Positions 1-1,591 of a stretch of DNA of 1,591 nucleotides are shown piece by piece. The notes beneath the pieces are model-generated. The model saw only the letters and a program-made list of their open reading frames with translations. It made no database searches and had not been told where the DNA came from. The position numbers and the translations under genes are program-made. The stretch lies in the NCBI GenBank assembly GCA_000004985.1, contig GG739373.1, one strand, 5' to 3'. The stretch comes from Naegleria gruberi. Its lineage: Eukaryota. The first letter of the stretch is position 1; each line of letters begins with the position of its first letter.

Positions 1-1
1 A

Positions 2-412
2 CTTCATACATGGGTTTCACCAATCAATGAAAGAGCCAATATTTCGGAAATTTTCTATTCTCATGTATGGGAAAATGTCCAAAAATCAATCACCTTAATT
101 CGAAATGATCAATCTCTTTCCAATATTGAAAAAGATCAAATTCTAAACAATATTTTAATTGTAGGTGGATTCTCAGCATTAACAGGATTTAGAGAAAGAA
201 TGAAGAAGGACATTTTAGAATATCTTGGACAAGAATACTCTCCATCATTTAATTTTAGAGAACAGAAGGCTGATTATTCTGTCAGAAAAACAGGTATCAA
301 GGTCAGCATTGTTGGACAAGATATGGACGTAGTTGGAGGAGCTAGAATTGTTTCCAATCTCTCAAACTTTAGAGAAATTTGTAGTTACAATCAAGCATAT
401 AACAAGTATTAA
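2..412 (+). CDS. Actin-related protein (Arp family), C-terminal ~136 aa; 5'-truncated by the window edge
   Basis: Frame 2 is open from position 2 with no stop until TAA at 410-412, so the 200-412 ORF on the track is just its last Met-initiated segment. The translation reads ...ISEIFYSHVWENVQKSITLIRNDQSLSNIEKDQILNNILIVGGFSALTGFRERMKKDILEYLG...KVSIVGQDMDVVGGARIVSNLSNFREICSYNQAYNKY*. This matches the conserved C-terminal actin-fold pattern of actin '[22 protein letters not shown]...[28 protein letters not shown]': [LIV]xGG-x4-GFxERhxKEh, then the hGGxIhSxLSxF motif. Arg is almost all AGA, which is yeast-like codon usage. The Arp subclass (1, 4, 6, 10...) cannot be assigned from this fragment. 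Confidence 0.8.
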   Translation, partial: LHTWVSPINERANISEIFYSHVWENVQKSITLIRNDQSLSNIEKDQILNNILIVGGFSALTGFRERMKKDILEYLGQEYSPSFNFREQKADYSVRKTGIKVSIVGQDMDVVGGARIVSNLSNFREICSYNQAYNKY

Positions 413-487
413 TTTTCCAGACAAATTGACATTCCATTGAATTCTTTCGAAATTTGGCCGATTTATTTTGAATATTTACATTTTACT
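413..487. terminator. Shared 75-bp inter-stop spacer of a convergent gene pair, where both genes' 3'-end processing/poly(A) signals must lie
   Basis: The + gene's stop is at 410-412 and the - gene's stop at 488-490. The spacer is AT-rich. It contains AAATAAA on the - strand (revcomp of 462-468 'tttattt'), a candidate poly(A) positioning element for the - gene. It also has T-rich/TATTTA-like stretches on the + strand (470-480 'gaatatttaca'). Yeast 3' UTRs are typically longer than 75 nt, so the two transcripts are expected to overlap. Confidence 0.4.
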
Positions 488-1357
488 TTACAATTTTAAT
501 ATATCATCAATTGTTGGCCACTCAAACTTCGAACTTTCTCCTGGTAGTTTTGGGCCTTTCCACAAACCCTGACTTCCATAAACATTTGTTGTAAATATGA
601 TACTTTCACATGGTTTAACCTTCCTGAAATCGACTATTTCAAAACTTGGATTTTGTTGCTCACTGATCAAAACTATGTTATATTTGCAAGCATCTTGTAA
701 CTCCAAAAAAGTTCCTTTAATTTCAAAATAAATTTTGTAGGGAGGGTTGGGAGGGATAATATGTGTTGCATAATATGCTGTTCCTTTTTTTGGAAAAGTA
801 ATATGTGAGCATCCAATACGTAAAAATCCCCCGGTGAATGGTTTTACATATAGCCCCATTTCAAAACTATTCTCCAAACACCTTTCAGAAGAATTGTTCT
901 TAAACTTGAAATTGTTCTTAACTGCAATCAATTTTGGCTCTGGGATTACTTGATCGTTATTCGTATGTTGAAAGTTGTTTACACAAGATGCCATTGGCAT
1001 TTGATTTTGAATTTGTGAGATGTTTTGAACTGAATTTTCATATGGTTGTTGAATCAACGTTGGTTGATGAGTGGATTTTTGAGGCTCTGTTTCAAAGGCA
1101 CATATAATGTTACAGAAATGAGTGTTCGTATTTCCTTGCAAGGTTGAGAGTGGGTGAATTTCAACCTCATCTTGAGAGAGGTTAGTTGAGAGTGGTGAGA
1201 ATATCAAGGGACTTGAGGCAGTGTTATTGGATGTAACTTTGTGAGTAGTAGTATTATTGGTGAGCTCAACAAGATCTTCATAAGTAAGGAAACAATCATC
1301 GTTATCATTAATTTCATGAGTGTCAGCTTGTTGGTATTTCATATCTTGATTCAACAT
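488..1357 (-). CDS. Hypothetical 289-aa protein with an N/Q/S/T-rich low-complexity N-terminal half and a C-terminal globular domain of unknown family
   Basis: Uninterrupted 870-nt ORF. The ATG (revcomp of 1355-1357) is the first ATG after an in-frame upstream TGA (revcomp of 1391-1393), and -3 is A (aaaATG), a favourable yeast start context. It ends in TAA (revcomp of 488-490). Codon usage matches the neighbouring Arp gene. Residues ~1-150 are N/Q/T/S-rich (NNTTTHKVTSNNTASS..., QNISQIQNQ...). Residues ~150-289 are a mixed hydrophobic/charged region (GLYVKPFTGGFLRIGCSHITFPKKGTAYYATHIIPPNPPYKIYFEIKGTFLELQDACKYNIVLISEQQNPSFEIVDFRKVKPCESIIFTTNVYGSQGLWKGPKLPGESSKFEWPTIDDILKL) consistent with a folded, beta-rich domain. 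I do not recognise a known family. Confidence 0.75.
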   Translation of the reverse strand: MLNQDMKYQQADTHEINDNDDCFLTYEDLVELTNNTTTHKVTSNNTASSPLIFSPLSTNLSQDEVEIHPLSTLQGNTNTHFCNIICAFETEPQKSTHQPTLIQQPYENSVQNISQIQNQMPMASCVNNFQHTNNDQVIPEPKLIAVKNNFKFKNNSSERCLENSFEMGLYVKPFTGGFLRIGCSHITFPKKGTAYYATHIIPPNPPYKIYFEIKGTFLELQDACKYNIVLISEQQNPSFEIVDFRKVKPCESIIFTTNVYGSQGLWKGPKLPGESSKFEWPTIDDILKL

Positions 1358-1411
1358 TTTCAGTGTTTCTTTTTTAATTTTTGTGGGTATTCATACAAGG
1401 TGCAACTGAGT

Positions 1412-1418
1412 TTTTATA
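1412..1418 (-). promoter_or_regulatory. Candidate TATA box (TATAAAA) for the - strand gene
   Basis: + strand 1412-1418 'ttttata' is TATAAAA on the - strand, about 55 bp upstream of the ATG at 1357. It lies in an AT-rich promoter region, and its spacing and orientation fit a yeast core promoter. Confidence 0.4.
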
Positions 1419-1458
1419 CTCACATTCTCTTATTTTAGATTTTCATTACAACTCACAA

Positions 1459-1525
1459 TTATTTTTAATTTTAGTAATGGATGATTGTTAGGTACTTGGC
1501 CACGCTCACGTTTATTTTTAATTTT
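1459..1525. repeat. Two identical 14-mers 'ttatttttaatttt' (1459-1472 and 1512-1525) 53 bp apart; a third copy of the T5-AA-T4 tract alone at 1371-1381; poly(dT)/(dA) tracts in the promoter
   Basis: Direct inspection shows an exact 14/14 match between 1459-1472 and 1512-1525. A third copy of the 11-nt core 'tttttaatttt' is at 1371-1381. Read on the - strand these are A-rich tracts (AAAATTAAAAA) of the kind that make nucleosome-depleted regions in yeast promoters. Confidence 0.5.
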
Positions 1526-1559
1526 CAAGCATAATCAAAGTCCTTGGACAAGAATCGAA

Positions 1560-1565
1560 CACGTG
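1560..1565. promoter_or_regulatory. Palindromic E-box CACGTG (bHLH site, e.g. Cbf1/Pho4 class in yeasts), about 205 bp upstream of the - gene ATG
   Basis: Exact CACGTG at 1560-1565 within 'cgaaCACGTGgttt'. It is a G/C-containing island in otherwise AT-rich upstream DNA. A 6-mer can occur by chance, so this is only a candidate. Confidence 0.3.
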
Positions 1566-1591
1566 GTTTCTTTCCTGACAATCTACAGTGT

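Noticed and set aside
200-412. 70-aa ORF listed as a separate small gene
   Set aside because: The same frame is open back to position 2 and encodes contiguous Arp-homologous sequence upstream of the Met (…NILIVGGFSALTGFRER-MKKD…). The Met at 200 is internal, not a start.
445-452. 8-bp palindrome TTTCGAAA, next to a GAATTC, in the inter-stop spacer
   Set aside because: It is too short to be meaningful in AT-rich DNA. There is no flanking symmetry to suggest a protein-binding inverted repeat or hairpin terminator.
797-814. 'PPNPPY' in the - gene product (IIPPNPPYKIY), a possible PPxY WW-domain/Rsp5 ligand
   Set aside because: The residues are P-P-N-P-P-Y, so the only P-P-Y has no intervening x residue (canonical PPxY would need PPNPY or similar). 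It probably sits inside the folded domain rather than in an accessible linker. There is not enough to call a motif.
1000-1357. Several N-x-S/T sequons (NNTT, NTAS, NLS, NIS, NNSS) in the N-terminal half, suggesting a glycoprotein
   Set aside because: There is no signal peptide or transmembrane segment, and the N-terminus (MLNQDMKYQQADTHEINDNDDC) is acidic and polar. The sequons are a by-product of the N/S/T-rich composition.
1241-1438. 65-aa ORF on the + strand
   Set aside because: It is antisense to the start of the - gene and runs into its promoter. The translation is low-complexity and hydrophobic (FISKETIIVIINFMSVSLLVFHILIQHF...), as expected from reading an AT-rich region in reverse. 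No independent signals support it.
1541-1591. tRNA-like T-loop motif on the - strand: GTTCGATTC (revcomp of 1551-1559), followed by CCAAGGA, at the window edge
   Set aside because: Read as a tRNA 3' half, the T-stem has a T-T mismatch (ACGTG / CTTGT). The upstream sequence (ACACTGTAGATTGTCAGGAAAGAAACC) also cannot form an anticodon stem in any register I tried. A partial 11-mer resemblance (cttggccacg at ~1495-1504 versus cttggacaag at 1543-1552) is also weak. It is most likely a chance resemblance. A tRNAscan-type search of the extended region beyond 1591 would settle it.
1-1591. Possibility that the window encodes a prokaryotic defence/novel system (CRISPR, toxin-antitoxin, operon)
   Set aside because: There are no repeat-spacer arrays, no Shine-Dalgarno/operon organisation and no rho-independent terminators. 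Gene content (an actin-related protein), codon usage, low-complexity N/Q-rich protein regions and TATA/A-tract promoter architecture all indicate a eukaryotic (yeast-like) nuclear locus.

Overview
The window is AT-rich (about one-third G+C by eye), has no Shine-Dalgarno-type signals, and reads like a compact budding-yeast genomic segment (possibly CTG-clade/Candida-like), not prokaryotic DNA. It holds two convergent protein-coding genes. The first is the 3' end of an actin-related protein (Arp) gene on the + strand; the frame is open from position 2 to a TAA at 410-412, and the track's 70-aa ORF at 200 is only its last Met-initiated piece. The second is a complete 289-codon gene on the - strand (488-1357). 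It encodes an unrecognised protein with an N/Q/S/T-rich, probably disordered, N-terminal half and a compact C-terminal domain of about 140 aa. The two stop codons are 75 bp apart, so the 3' ends must overlap. The region 1358-1591 is the promoter/5' leader of the - strand gene. It has a TATAAAA about 55 bp upstream of the ATG, three copies of a T5-AA-T4 tract (two within identical 14-mers) and a CACGTG E-box near -205. I see no CRISPR array, mobile element, RNA gene or operon-like system. There is no evidence for the hinted novel system. The most interesting object is the uncharacterised - strand protein.
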